DNA of 64,000 nt from positions 124,001 to 188,000 of the forward strand of contig CT868651.1 of NCBI GenBank assembly GCA_000165425.1, read 5' to 3'. Position numbers and translations under genes: made by a program. The stretch is from Paramecium tetraurelia (Eukaryota). The notes below the pieces were generated by a model. The model saw only the letters and a program-made list of their open reading frames with translations. It ran no database searches and was not told the origin of the DNA. Positions 1-13,810 of this stretch are shown here, in pieces (position 1 is the first letter of the stretch; each line of letters starts with the position of its first letter).

Positions 1-343
1 AAATTCGCCTCTATGTTCAAAGTGAAATAAATCCACAGATCAAACTTACCATAGATGCTACAGAAGGTGAGGTTTTGGCAAAGGAATTAAAAAGACACAA
101 AGTGCCATTACCTTTTGAGTGTGGATTCTCATGTTCATGTTCTACTTGTTCAGTGTTAATAGCTAATTCGAATGACTTTAGCAACATTTAGATTGCCTAA
201 CCCCAGAGTTAAGAGGAAATCAATGTGTTGACAACGGAAGGAAAGGGTGGAAGGTATTTATTCTCTGAGATAATTTAAGAGTGCGTCTGTCTTGTTAAAT
301 CAATGTATGCAAGGAATTGGATGGTGTTACATTATTAATTTGA
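1..343 (+). CDS. Adrenodoxin-type 2Fe-2S ferredoxin, 5'-partial
   Basis: Translates ...PFECGFSCSCSTCSV (C-x5-C-x2-C) ... RLSCQINV; 26-nt intron 254-279; TGA at 341-343. Confidence 0.85.
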
Positions 344-423
344 GTATTTTTTAACTTATGAAGAAATGTTATAAATGACCTTCTTAAAGTCATGAAAGTT
401 ATATTAATATAATTTATATTCAA

Positions 424-721
424 ATGTCTTTCGATAAATTATAGCCTGTCATTAAACAAATCGATATGAGTGACGAAATGCAAAGAGAAGTCATTGAAGT
501 TTCAAGACAAGCCATAGATAAGAGTTCTACTGTAAAAGCATTTCTAATTGTAGGATCAATAAATAGCATCATATATTAAGGATGAATTAAGAGCAAAATA
601 TCATGGAACGTGGCATTGTATTGTAGGAAGAAACTTTGGGTCATATGTGACTCACGAAACAAAACATTATATATATTTTTACATTGGATAACTGGCCATC
701 ATGCTCTTCAAAACAGGATGA
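424..721 (+). CDS. Dynein light chain LC8 family
   Basis: [20 protein letters not shown]...[45 protein letters not shown]; 22-nt intron 532-553. Confidence 0.95.
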
Positions 722-814
722 ATTATATATTAAATATCAGATAATAAATATTGGTCATATGAATTCCATCGGTTATATTTGTTTAGTATACAGAGGATCG
801 AGGATCTCAAAATA

Positions 815-2828
815 TCAGTTTTTTAATTATTATATTATTGAAAAAAAAGTGTTAGAAAATACAGCAAATACTTTATCAAACAGGGTCTTGGATGTAATTA
901 CTTTATGCTTTTGCATAGAATACCTTTTATTGTAATTGATTCTATCTCTTCTCTTTGGATTGTAGTTATTAAAACCCTAATTTCACTATGAAATCCTCAT
1001 CATTAGGCATAAAGTTTCGATATTCCTATTGTATAGAATTGAGTGGATTGAACTCTATGCATTTCATCAATCTTTTAGTTTAGGAATCACTGTCATCCAA
1101 CATGAATGTAGGTTAGATATCATGATTTTCTAGATCATATTTTTTTAGATTCACTTTTTAATTCAATCGTCTCTGAGATTTTTTCATTATCCTAGCAATA
1201 ATAGATTAATTTTATTTTTCCTATTCAAAATTCTAAACCTACTGTCCTGATTAAGCTCTTGCTCTGCTAGGTCTAGCACTATGTTGAAATTTCTAATCCA
1301 AATCATAAGTTTTTTCTCTACGAAATGAATATGTCTTTCTTGCTGAGCATGAAGTAGTCTGAGGACGTATGAACTCAGTGTTCGTTGTTTATTAATTGTT
1401 TGTATTTAATGAATAATGATTCATATATTTACTTTTTACTGTCATTTGACTTGCTTTCATCCCATATTTTGCATTTATAGTATTTAATTTTTGTTCGAAC
1501 TCCTTGCTCATTAATTTACACTTCTGAGGCTACTCAATCTTCCTGGGCTACACTGATGAAGGCCTTATTTATCGATATATCACTCTATTTTTGAAGTCCT
1601 TGATCACTTATTGAATTCTTTCAGATTTATTATCATATTTTTAAGAAAGCCTAAACGAACTGTAGAGTTTATCGAAGTCACCTAATTATTCACTTAAATT
1701 CTAATGTTCTAAAGATATCTTCCGTGGTTTTATTAAATCATGACTAGTATTATTTTAAAAGGCAAGATCATTTATTTTATTCAGAATCTCTCTTATTTTT
1801 CCTAAATCCCAACTGCCGCTTGTTTTATCACATTTCAGAGTCCGCAACATTTCCAATGGATTATGTAAAAAATCCTCTATCATTCCACTTGCCAAGCCAA
1901 AAGGTTTTGGTTTATCAGGACTGTCTTCCAAGTTTATAAAAGTCAAAGACATAAAAAAATTAAATTAGTTTACAAAATCAATTCATACCTACATTCTTCT
2001 CTAATCAATTACAAGAATATTAGGCTTCATTCTCTTTGCTATTCTGCTTCTTAAGATTCTCATCTCTTGATCAACCAGAAATTAATTGCATTTCGGTACT
2101 TAAAATGAGAGATTGCCTAATTAAATTTAAGTTGTTGCCAATTGTTGATCCCTCACATTATTTGATGTCTGTATTTCTTAAGAATTTTGTATTGTTTGCT
2201 TAAGTTTTTTAGTAATTGTTGCAGATTCGATTATTGACTTAGCTCTATTGCTGAGTTCATCCATGAATAAAGACTATCCTTGCTTTAAATTTTAAACATT
2301 GTTAAGTATTGAAGGGGAATTATGATTCTCGTTTTTGATCCACTATTAACTAAAATCATTTAAAGTCTGTTGCATCGTCTTATTCAATAAGGTTTTAGTA
2401 TTATCAAGTTTGACTCTCTCAGTAAAAGGAGTAAAAACTGCTTTTGTAACCTTATTTATAGAGTTATTTTGATTTCCACTATTTTTAAGGGAAGGCAAAC
2501 CAACTTTCACATTTTTTGGGGTATTTCTATTTTGATATTCAAATAGTCTCTTATTAATCATTCTTGATCTTTAATTGGATCTTTCTACAATGTCAATCGA
2601 TTTATATTGATTTCTATAAAATTAAGCAATTTCATCATCATCATTCTGAACCTTAGAATCATTTTCTATTATTGGAGGTTGTTGATTAGGTTTTTTATAT
2701 ATGTTCTCAAAGGCGATCATCTTTATTGAATTTAGAATCTACCTAATTTATTCAGTATCATTCTGATAGTATCCTAATTCTATTTGTCTCAATTAAATTT
2801 ATTCTAGATCTTTTAGAGGTGAATTCAT
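815..2828 (-). CDS. Hypothetical low-complexity/coiled-coil protein
   Basis: ATG at 2828 (MNSPLKDLEQIQLRQIELGYYQND...), long ciliate-code frame with small introns; no recognisable domain; stop position approximate. Confidence 0.55.
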
Positions 2829-3350
2829 TATAATTTAATTATTATTTTATATAATTTTAAACAATTTAATAAAAATAAAAATGAGTTAGATTTTAGATAA
2901 AATAGATCTACATAGGAATAGTATTTGAAATAATATTATTAATTTGATCTTAAATCAATACATAAAGTTTATTTGTTTGAATTAATGAGACTTAAAGATT
3001 TTCAATTATTTCATAGAAGAGTTAATGATTAATTATTAATAGGTAAGTTATTCATTCAAGATGTTATAAATATCTTTCAAGATGATATTTTTGAAGCCAA
3101 AGATTTAATGATATTTTTAAACTTGATTAAGGAAGAGTATTAATTTAATCATATTAAAAGATTTATTTATTATCTAATAAATAAGAAAAGTATAGTATAT
3201 CATATATCGTGATTTTTGTATTTATCTACGATAATGGTAATTTTAATGATATCTAATAAAGAATTCTTTCATAAAGAAAGAATATTGTAAATAAGATAAA
3301 TTTGAAGAAAATCCAATATTATAATGAAATTATGCGATATTATAGAATAT

Positions 3351-4194
3351 TCATTGATCAATAGGAACTATGATAAATCCTATTGTGACTGTATGCGATA
3401 AGTTTTATTCTTGAGCATAGATTTCAGTTGGAGCAGCAGCAGATTCGATCATTGTTGTGTTAGCGTATTCATATACTGGTTTATATTAAGGCTAATCAAC
3501 GGTGATACTTTTGATTGAATGTATTTTCATATCTAAACCTTTTAATGCAATTTCAGCCTATCGAAGCTAATCAGTAAAAATACTTTATTTGTTGCATCTT
3601 GTATAGCTAATTAAAGAATTTAATCTTTCAACTCTGACTTTTATTCTTATTTGATATCAAAGGAAACATTCTCTATGGTAGTAACTCCAGCATTGATAGC
3701 AGCGTCGATCAATTATCCAATAATCTTCAAATTAGGGGTTTCCAATTTTTGGCTAATGATTACTTTATAACCTTTGAATTTGATTTAAGGGTTTAAATAG
3801 GTATAATCATATTCTGTATGAGGGAACATCTAAAATTATGTAGTGGAGATCTTCACTCCTGCATTTGTTGTATCCACTTTTTGCAATGATCTATGAATTT
3901 AAGGCAATTGTACTTAAAGGCTTTACTCTATATTTAGTTGGCAGTATTCAAAGCTACTTCTGCAAGTTCATTTAAGATCTCAATTGCAAAATTGACTGTT
4001 GCTATTGTAGGTTCAACGCTTAGAGATCCTGTGCCTACAGAATAAAAAACGTCTGGTCTTCTGTATTCAACTAAAGTGCACTAGAAATGAATTGGAATCA
4101 AATTTACTTCTATGTTATTGATTGCTTATTAATTTTGGATGAATGATCCCAAGATAGAAGTAATGCAAATTGCAAGAGTTTAAATTCTAATCAT
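3351..4194 (-). CDS. SIMPL/DUF541 (BP26/YggE-like) protein with signal peptide, copy 1
   Basis: MIRIQTLAICITSILGSF...VFYSVGTGSLSVEPTIATVNFAIEI...IGQLIDAAINAGVTTIENVSFDI...GFIIVPIDQ*; resembles the DUF541 pattern (V.G.G.V.V.PD.A; G.++DAA+.AG...+..+.F). Confidence 0.8.
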
Positions 4195-4384
4195 TTTTTT
4201 ATATTAAATAATACCTCAAAACTCAACAACAGAAAGAACTCTTATTTACTAATTTTAGTGATATTATTTAAAATCCCCCATCATTAGGAGACAATCAGAA
4301 ATTAAATCTAAAAATGTTATTTTTGAATTCATCAATTACTAAAAATAGTGAAAAAACTAAATAATATTTTCTAATGATTTGTCA

Positions 4385-5167
4385 TCAATCAATCGGTTTA
4401 ATCACAAATCCTACATTCACCTATTACTCCATCTTAGTTTTAGTTTCTGATCCATAATTCTCCAAGAGTTGGACAGATTTGATCGATTCAATTCTCATTT
4501 TCAATTCCTTCAACACCACATTAGCCTTAGATAATTTCATCTTATTACTGTATGTTTGGCATCTTCAATGGCTAATTCAACTAAGAAATTCTTTAACCTT
4601 TTCTTCTCATCTTTACTCACATCAAATTGAATTCCATTCACTTTATTTACCTTGTTTTTCACTGCAACATCAATGATCCTTAAATTATAAAGAAAATCTT
4701 ACTTTCCAACATCACTGGTATTTAGAGTTTCTACTGTGATTTTATTTATTACTTTGAAGCCTGAATAGATCACAGCATATGGTTAGTTTTGGCTGTATTC
4801 TTTATGTGGTTGAATGGCAAAATCTGCTGTTTGAATCTTCAATCCTCCTTAGCAATTCTCTTTAATGGCTCTATTTGAGTAAGAATATTATTTACTTAAC
4901 TGCATCGTCAGCAATTTAGGCTGCTTGCTGCAGGGCAACCTGAGCTTTCAAGTCTTTGACTTCTATTTCTAAGGTTACTACTGCTTAGGTTGGCTCTACA
5001 ATAGTTGATGCACTTCCTTTGACATAATATATATCTGGTAGTAAGTAGATACTTGAATCACACTTAGATTAATTAATTCATGTGCTTACCGGAATGGAAG
5101 GGGTTGTCTTTATAAATTATGAGTTCAACATCATTAATGAAATAGATAATACTAGGATTGCTTTCAT
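4385..5167 (-). CDS. SIMPL/DUF541 protein with signal peptide, copy 2
   Basis: MKAILVLSISLMMLNSQF...IYYVKGSASTIVEPTQAVVTLEIEVKDLKAQVALQQAAQ...GFVIKPID*; paralogous to the 3351-4194 gene. Confidence 0.8.
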
Positions 5168-5178
5168 TTATTTATATA

Positions 5179-6937
5179 ATGAATAATAATTAAACTTCTC
5201 ATGAAAATTAATCTTGTAAACACGGCAAGAAATCTTTTTCCATAACTTCTTTGTAAGCTGATCCAAACAAACTGAGGAATAATAAAATACTCAGCAATAA
5301 CATTCAAATAAGTCGAGGTGATTCTATGAGTCGATTGTCATACGTTGACAAAGAGGATTACATCGATCAGCTTTAAAAGTTAAAAAAGGATAATAATGTC
5401 CTACGAGTTGAGCTTAAGCAAGTTAAGTCTTAACTTATGTATTATCAGGTATAAAGTATTTAATTAAGAAAGAACTCGATAGTTTATAATCATAATGTTA
5501 GGAATCTGATAACATTTCCATCCCACTTCAATAGCAAGTCAAAATCAAATAACTTCTGAAGACTCTTCAACAAAAGGAAACAGAAATCGATTAACTCAAG
5601 AAACTATTGAAAATGGATCAACTCAATGAACAACAAGAATAATTGTAAAAATTAAGAGCACTATGTGAAATACAAAAGTAGAAACTTCTCAACAGTGAAA
5701 CTGAAATAATCATTCCCTCTAAAACCAATGTCTTACGAAATTTGGAGGAAGACAATATTCGATTAGTTTAAATTGTAACTGCCCTTGAAGAAAAGTTGAA
5801 GGGCTTTGATTAGATTAAAAAATAAAATACTATATTTTAAAGCAAAATTTAGAACCAATAAAAGCTAATTCTCCAATTGTAGTTAGAAATCAGATAGTAC
5901 AAAGATAGAGACACCATCTTCGCTAGTAAGGTTACTTAATAGAATAAGCAAGAAAACTTGATTTAAAAATTAACGACTGAGATCAACAAATTAAGTCAAT
6001 CAAGTCAGAATCAATAAACCTAAATTGATAATCTAATGGCAAATCTTTCAAATCAGTAAGATAAATATGAGAAGATAATTATGGAAAAAGAAGAGGAAGT
6101 CTTGACCTTGAAGATTAAAATCGAGAATCTTAATAAGATGATGAATGAGGATCACTCAGGACTTTCGGAACAGAGAAATAGAAAGAACAGTAAGCATACA
6201 CCCTTATTCAAACCGTCTTCGTTTGCCAACATAAGTGGCAATTTCAAATTGAATTAAGACTTTGTTCTTTCCTCTTAGAGATCTCAGAGTGCAACGCAAC
6301 GCAAGAAATTAGTCTTGATTACAAAACAGGATCTCCAACAAGTTATCAAAATTCTAAAATATCAATTACTTATTAATGGAATCACTCTTAATAATATCGA
6401 TTAAGTAATACTTCATCATTTATCTTAGCATTTGTTCTGTTAGATTTCATAGGAAGAGGATGTCCAATTGAAAGATTTGGTTGAGTCCTTACAGAGGTCT
6501 ACCTTTAAGTTGAATTATCAATAGGCCCATTAATTAGGTCTTTATTTGATGGATTCAGAGGATGGGAACGAGACACAATCCAAATAGAGGATTCGTAGCA
6601 TATTCAAAACTTTAGTTGATAATTATCAATTGCCATCAGTTTAGGAGATTGCTAACATTAAAAAAGAGCTTTCACAAATGTTTAATGAATAGGAATACCA
6701 ATAGATAAAGAGTCAGTTGGTGGTCAAATTCGGACATCAAATAAAGAGGCTGCAGATATATGTAATATATATTCCATTTAAGAGTAGGATTTGTTTGAGT
6801 TATTGTAATTGAAGGATATCAAATTATCGAAGCAGATAAAGGAGTACATGGAGGCTATGTTTTTTAAGTTGAATGATCAAACACCTAATGTGTTTTAGAT
6901 TGATTAATTGCAATTGATTTACTGTGATGATGTGTGA
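5179..6937 (+). CDS. Hypothetical coiled-coil protein
   Basis: MNNNQTSHENQSCKHG...DKEDYIDQLQKLKKDNNVLRVELKQVK; heptad-rich; several tiny introns; TGA 6935-6937. True start could be a downstream Met. Confidence 0.65.
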
Positions 6938-7034
6938 ATTTTAAATTAAATTATATAAAATTTATAAAAATAAAATGCATTGAAATAATTTGATTAAAAT
7001 AAAATGTTTGGCAATTGTAAAAGAATATTAAATA

Positions 7035-10000
7035 ATGGATAAAGTGTAGATAGCATTATAAAATAAATTCAAAAAGAATAATAAATTAGCAATAACTACA
7101 TTGAGGAAAGCGAATCAATTTGATTGTCTGGCGGTATTGATTGGAACTTCACATACTTCTAATATTGGGATATAAAAAGGATTTCAATAATGGTACTTGG
7201 GTTGTGAATTGATGGATTGCATATTGATAATGAGTACGAAGATGTTGTGCATAATAGCAGACGAAGTCATGTGTATAATTATTATGCTAATTATCATTTA
7301 GTTTAGAAGTTGAAACATCTGAGTGACATTAAGATGAAAACCTTTACAATCTTTTTTTTGATTAAGAACATAAAAAAGAACAATCATTAGTAATTTCAAT
7401 TCGCTTTGGAGAGATTAAGAAAGGAATATCCAGGCAATAATTATAGATTGGCATTGAATTTATCTGATGGTTAGAAAAGTCCTTTGATAACTGAATTCAA
7501 TTAATTTATAGATCAGAACCATTTAATCAAAGTGGATTGCACCTCGTTTTTAAAGGAATTGATAAATAATGACAATAAAGACATTTTTGAGTATTACAAC
7601 ACATGTGGTAAGATAAATTCCTATTACATGAAATTTATGAGTCAGAGGATAGAGTTGGCAATCAAGTTCAATGAGAATACAACCAATTATTCAATTACAC
7701 AGGCAGTCAAAAGAGAAAAGAGTTCAGATTTGAATTAAATGGCAATTCGAAGAAAATTTGGATTACAAGGAAATTATGATATATTGAGTTCCACAGTTCA
7801 AAGTGGTGGTTAATACAATGTGTCAGCATCTGAAAGTACTCAATCCAGATTGGTAGGTGACGTGGTGATATATAGTTTTTGTTGTTAATACATGCAGTCA
7901 TAATCATATTGCACAAGGACATTATTATTTTAACCCAATTAAGAGTTGGAGCAGATTTACAGAGTGATATTGAATGTACATGCATTTGCATTGGGATTGG
8001 TTAAGGAGGACATATAATTTAAATAAATCTATAGAGAGACTCAGAATATATGGGAAACCATATTCAAGGATGATCCAGAAATGAAGATGAAGTTTCCGAC
8101 AGACATTGGCTATTTGATAGGATCTTAGATGTTAATTGATAATCATAATATTGAGACTATTCAAGATAGAATGGCAGTGGTGATTAGGATGTTTGTCGAT
8201 AACATATTGGTCTAATTGCCATTTTATCCTGAGAGAACCAATATAGCAATTTGTTTAGCTGACACAATATTTGTGGTATCTGGAATTGAGGATTGTGTTA
8301 TTACAAAGGCTGAGAAGGAGTTCACATTCGTTTCCTATCAACCAACAGAAGAAGGCGAGAGATTTTTTAAATCTACATTTTAGAAGAATGAAAATTCAGA
8401 TGTTTTGCATTAGTCAGAGAAGATCACAAGGGAATAGTTTGAATAGGCGGAGTTGAATAAAATAAAGAATGATTAGGAGAAGTTGAAGGAAATAAAGCAA
8501 TACGAATTGGAAGTCAGATTGAATGATCAATAGACTAGACAAGAACCAAAGTTATTAGTTAAAATGGATCAATTGTAAGCATTTTAAAAAGAAGATCAAT
8601 TTGATTAATATCCAAAGGGAGAAATAGCTGTTGATCAAGACAAATCAGCCATTCTGATTCCAATCATAGGAACACATTACCCATTTCATGCTCTCACTAT
8701 TTAGAATGTCAGTGTTAAGGAGTTACCAAATGGTGCAGGGGAAATCACTATCAGATTTTGGACTAATGAATTCCATATAGACACAAGAGAGTTTCCATCT
8801 ATGGATCAGGATCAAATGTTTCTAAAGGAAATTACTTTGAGGAATCAGGAATTCATAAAGTTATAGGATATCGAAAATGAAATTAATGTATGTAGAGATG
8901 ATGCGAGAAGAAAATAAATAGAAAAACAGCTGGAAGTGGACAAATTTGATTTTGTTATTGAAAAATTAACAGTGTTACCAAAGAACACTCCTTGTTTAAG
9001 CAAAGTGTATATGAGACCCACTTAAAGTTAAAAGACTAGATCACCAGAAGGATTTGTGGAATGTCACGAGAATGGATTTCGATATAAGAGTGCTAGAGGA
9101 GAAGTTATAGATTTCACATTCACCAGTATTAAACATTGTTTCTTTGTTTCTCCTGAAGATGAAGTGATAGCATGCATTCATTTCATTTTTAAGATGCCCA
9201 TCAAATGTGGTAAAATCATGTTTTCTTAGATCCAATTCTATAGAGATATTGAAGGAGCATCTGAATAAGAAGCAGCCAGAAGGAAGGTTCGTCTATTTGA
9301 TATTGATCACGTCTTCGATAAGAAGGTGTAAGATCGAAGACTGGAAGAACTCAAGAATTTTGAGTCTTTCATCTAGTAGTCAGAACAATACTATAAAAGA
9401 TTTAATATCAAATTCGAGAGATTAGAAAAGTAGTATAGTTTTGAAGGTAATTATGCTAAAGAAAGAGTTGTCTTTCAACCGACTTAGAGTTGTCTAGTAA
9501 ACATTGTTGATCAGCCATTCTTTACTTTAACTTTAGAGAATGTGGATATTATGTGTTGTGAAAGAGTCCAAGAGGAAACCATTTCATTTGATTTGGTTGC
9601 AGTCTTAAAGGATCTGGAGGCTCAAGTGATTAGAATTGAAGCCATAGACAGAGAAGATCTCAAGAAGATACAGTAATGGTTGAATAAGAAGAAGATTCTA
9701 TTTTTTTAAACTACTTCTGGTCTCATGTGGAGAAATATGCAATTCAGTATACAGAAGGACTTCCCTTTGTTTGTTTACGATGGAGGATGGGCAACTATGA
9801 TGAAAGATCATATGGAACATGCTCCTATTTAATAATTCAATGATGAGCCTTTATTTGAACCTGATTCATCTAATGGGCCTACTTCAGTGTCTGAATTCGA
9901 ATTTGAATAAGACAAAAAAAATAATAAATATCTTCATCTATAGAAGGATGATGAGAGTGATTTTAGTGATCTGGTTGATAGTGAAGACATCATGAGTGAG

Positions 10001-10057
10001 TTGGATATATAGGAGAGAAGAAAAAGAAAAAAAGTGAAATACAACTTTATCGATTGA
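7035..10057 (+). CDS. SPT16: FACT subunit Spt16, divergent paralog (probably the development-specific Spt16-1)
   Basis: Spt16 motifs: ILIPIIGTHYPFHALTIQNVS; GFVECHENGFRYKS...IKHCFF...IACIHF; FQPTQSCLVNIVDQPFFTLTLENVDIMCCERV...FDLV; YDGGW; acidic tail then RRKRKKVK. One 29-nt intron near 7273-7301 gives ~997 aa. Paralog identity is from memory and unverified. Confidence 0.92.
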
Positions 10058-10339
10058 TCAACTTATATAATATATTGTATAAATAATATATAAAGTCATT
10101 TCATTCATTATTCTGGAAATTATTGAAAATTATATTTATTAAAATATCTAAATTTTGTAAATGATATTATTATATATATATATATTTTAGTAAGTGAATA
10201 TTCAGTTAAAGGGATATTTTATAAAATACTTGATATTTGGTGTTTGTAATGATATATGACATCGTTGGTCGATTTGAAATCTAACTAAGATATTGTAATT
10301 CAAAATAGTTAAATATAGATGTTGAATATTAATAATATC

Positions 10340-11344
10340 TCAATCAGAGGACTCAGAGGGAAAAGAACTATCTTCTTAGTTGTTGGATTTTTAGGAGCTG
10401 TAGTTGATTGAGGGATCAACTTTAACCTTTTTAGTTTTTCTATTTGTTATTATATTGATTTGATACAATTTGGATTGAACATACTCTTACAATTTACGGA
10501 TTACTTTGGCTGGCAATTAATCAATATCAAATTCTAATTCTTCAGCTTCTTGATTTTAAACACTTTACTACACTATTTCCCAGACTGCCTTCAGATGTTC
10601 TTAAGGTAATTCTCTTATGTGTTGTCCCAATTATCTTTTTTCTTCGAATGTGATGTGAGTATCTTATTTTTTTTAGGATTAAGACTCTTTCACTTTATTG
10701 GAAGTGACTTTGTTGTTGATTGGGATGCTTCTAATCATGTTATGATGAAGATATACTTCGTAGATGTGGATGTTTATTTTTATTCATTTTAGATTGGCTT
10801 GAAAACTTGATAAAAGTGGTTTTCTAAGAAGGTGACTTGATCCTGCATTTGGGTGGATGAAGCAGATTAGGTTAGTTTTTGTAATGCGATTCTAATTTGA
10901 TTCCAAAGATTCATCAGATTACCTTTTAATTTACAAGTAAGTAATACCCTCCTATTTGAAGGAAGCTTCAATTTTATCGATATTTAAATACCCAGAAGCA
11001 TTAATCTCATTAAATGCTGGATGGGATTTGAATTTTTGAAGAAGTTATAATCCCTTCTTGCAATTATCATCCAATTGAATTTTGACTTATTCCTTTTGAA
11101 TCGGAGCTATTCTTTGAGATCTCTTGCCTTTATCTTCGACTACTTCCTATTTGTTGCTTTGGAATGAAGCATCGTATTTGTTGACCTTTTTCGGCTATTC
11201 AACTAATAAGGAGGGAAACTTTACCACTCTTTATTCGCGTGATTTCAAGAGATTCGACTGCAAAAGAGAATACCCCTTAGGCATTTTGCTTAGAATGAAC
11301 TCTACCTGAATCTGATTAAGATTGAATTCCAATTGGCTTGCCAT
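10340..11344 (-). CDS. ET (NET/extra-terminal) domain protein, possible degenerate bromodomain
   Basis: C-terminus ITFEEKRQLGQHIRELPQEHLKAVWEIVQ...EELEFDIDQLPAKVIRKLQEYV matches the BET-family ET domain. Confidence 0.75.
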
Positions 11345-11467
11345 AATTATGTTATTATTTATTTATATTTCTCAAGCATTTACAATTGAATCAGAACATA
11401 CTATCATAAAATTTATTATGACTATTCTCTCGTTATTTATATATAATAATTAATAATACTTAGAGAA

Positions 11468-13013
11468 ATGGAGAAGTACAGAAGGATAAGGAAGATTGGA
11501 AAGGGAAATTTTGGAGATGTTTGGTTGGTGGAAGATAACAAAGGGAGAGTAATTCAAAATTAATATTTAATAGTAATATGCTATGAAAAGAATAGATTTG
11601 CAATTTGATACCGTGGATCCTCAAAATGAAGTCAACATTATGAAAGTTCTCAAGCATCCCAACATAATCAAGTTTTATGATTCCTTCGAACATAATGACA
11701 AATTGTGCATTATCATGGAATACGCCAAAAATTGTAAGAGTCTCGACCATATCTAAGCTGATCTTTCAATATACATTAAAACTAAATAGCCAGACATCCT
11801 GAACTATTTTACTCAATTATGTTTGGGAGTCCAATATTTGCATTAACAACAAATAGTTCACAGGGATATTAAATTGAGGAATGTCTTCATTACTGATGAT
11901 GGAATTGTATGTATTTAGACTTAATCCTTTCATAGATTAAATTGGGTGATTTCAGTATCTCGAAAAAATTGATCGATCTCTCTACTAATACAACTTTAGG
12001 TAAGTTAGATTATGTAAATAAGGAACTCCATACTATTTGTCTCCTGAAATTTGTCAATCCAAAAACTACAATTCCAAAACTGATATCTGGAATTTGGGCT
12101 GTTTATTATACGAGTTATGCACACAACAAAAGCCATTTCAAGGAGATTCCCTTCCTGCCATTCTTAATACTATTATCAATGGCCAAACTCCTCAATTGAA
12201 CGAAGCTTTTCCCAAGTTCTATTAAGATATCCTCAATGGCACTCTGCAGAAAAATCCAGATCTTCGACCAGATATAGAACAACTGCTCAATATCCCTTAA
12301 ATTAAAGAAGAACAAATCAAACTGTAAGTGCTTTATAAAAGTAAAGGACTATTAAATAAAAGGATATGTCCTATTGAATGTCCAGGCTTTGATGAAAAAT
12401 AATCAGACAAACCAATTCTCACCAAAGATATGGCTAAGATCCTTAAATAATCCATTACTCCTCAATATCGATAAACCTAATTGGGATTGTAAAACATATT
12501 CTCAGAATGTGTCTCACCAAATAACAATTACTGCTAAGTTCAGAAAAAGCCATACAAAAAGATTATGACCATTAATACTTAATTAGACGAAAAAGTAGAA
12601 TAGGAAATCACACAAAAGAAACCCTCTTTTGCCAAATTGCTTTTCAATCCCAAAACACCTACATCCCCAAATAGAAATATATTATTGGCAGACTTCTTGA
12701 AAAATAAGTTAGGATAGGAAGTATTTTAGAGGATGAAGGATTTGCTAGAGAACAGCAAAGATCCTATATAATTATTGGAGAATCGAGAAGAAATGATGCA
12801 AATTTTAGGGGAATAAAATTTAGATTGCATCAAAGTATTTCAATAATGTAATTTTAATAGATATTTAAAATACTAATATGTAACAGTATGACTCCCCCAA
12901 GTAGTCATTTTAGAACAATGAGTGCTTCCTATCAATTCATTACTTAGAGAATTAAAACAGTCAATAGTCATGAGAATAATCTTCAAACATCTGCATGGGA
13001 TGAATAGTTTTGA
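11468..13013 (+). CDS. NIMA-related (NEK) protein kinase
   Basis: MEKYRRIRKIGKGNFGDVWLV; HPNIIKFYDSF; VHRDIKLRNVF; LGDFSISK; GTPYYLSPEIC; several tiny introns. Confidence 0.9.
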
Positions 13014-13065
13014 TTATAATATAGCTTCTAATATTATATATAAAGCAATTTTGATGAAAATTATC

Positions 13066-13810
13066 TCATGAATTATTATTATTGTTGTTATTTAATTTTT
13101 GTATTGCTTATATTTACTGAGTATTTTTTGATTCAAAAGTATTTATCATATGAGAATTTCCTTAACTAGATGCAACCTAATTTTAAGTCAATTTTTATGT
13201 GGGTTCTAATGACGTAATCAAGACATTCTTTTTATTAATTAATTATGATTACATCATTCTCAATAAGACTTTCGATCGCTTGACCTTTCTTGAAGCTTTT
13301 CTTCTTTTTATACCCAATCAATACTTGTATAATAACAACTATTGTGCAGGTAGTATATTAAATTATTCGAGATATCTGTTTTAATCTATACCAATCAGAG
13401 TCGTGTGGATCAATAATGGGCACCTTTCCATTCCCTAATTTCTGTATTTTCATAAACATACCATTATTGTCTAATAAGGCGTGAGAAATTTGAGTTATGG
13501 CTGAATATAACAAAACTAAAATAGCTAGAATTAAAAGACTTGTTAAATAGTAAATATATTAACATAATACGAGGGAATTACACATGTCTACTTTTTGGTT
13601 TAAATTGATACAGGTAACCTTCCATAATTATTAAACAAATAAACACTCCAGACTACATGCATCATATTTAATTATTACACAGCTCATTATAAAGTAGTTT
13701 GTAAACCTACTACTATCATCATCTAAATCTAATATTATTGCTATTAAACTGCAGCACAGTCCTAGAATTAGTACCATTAAGGTAAAAATTGTGATTTTGA
13801 TTAAATTCAT
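13066..13810 (-). CDS. Hypothetical multi-pass membrane protein
   Basis: MNLIKITIFTLMVLILGLCCSLIAIIL...; several hydrophobic segments; 3' end depends on an inferred intron near 13229-13253. Confidence 0.6.
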
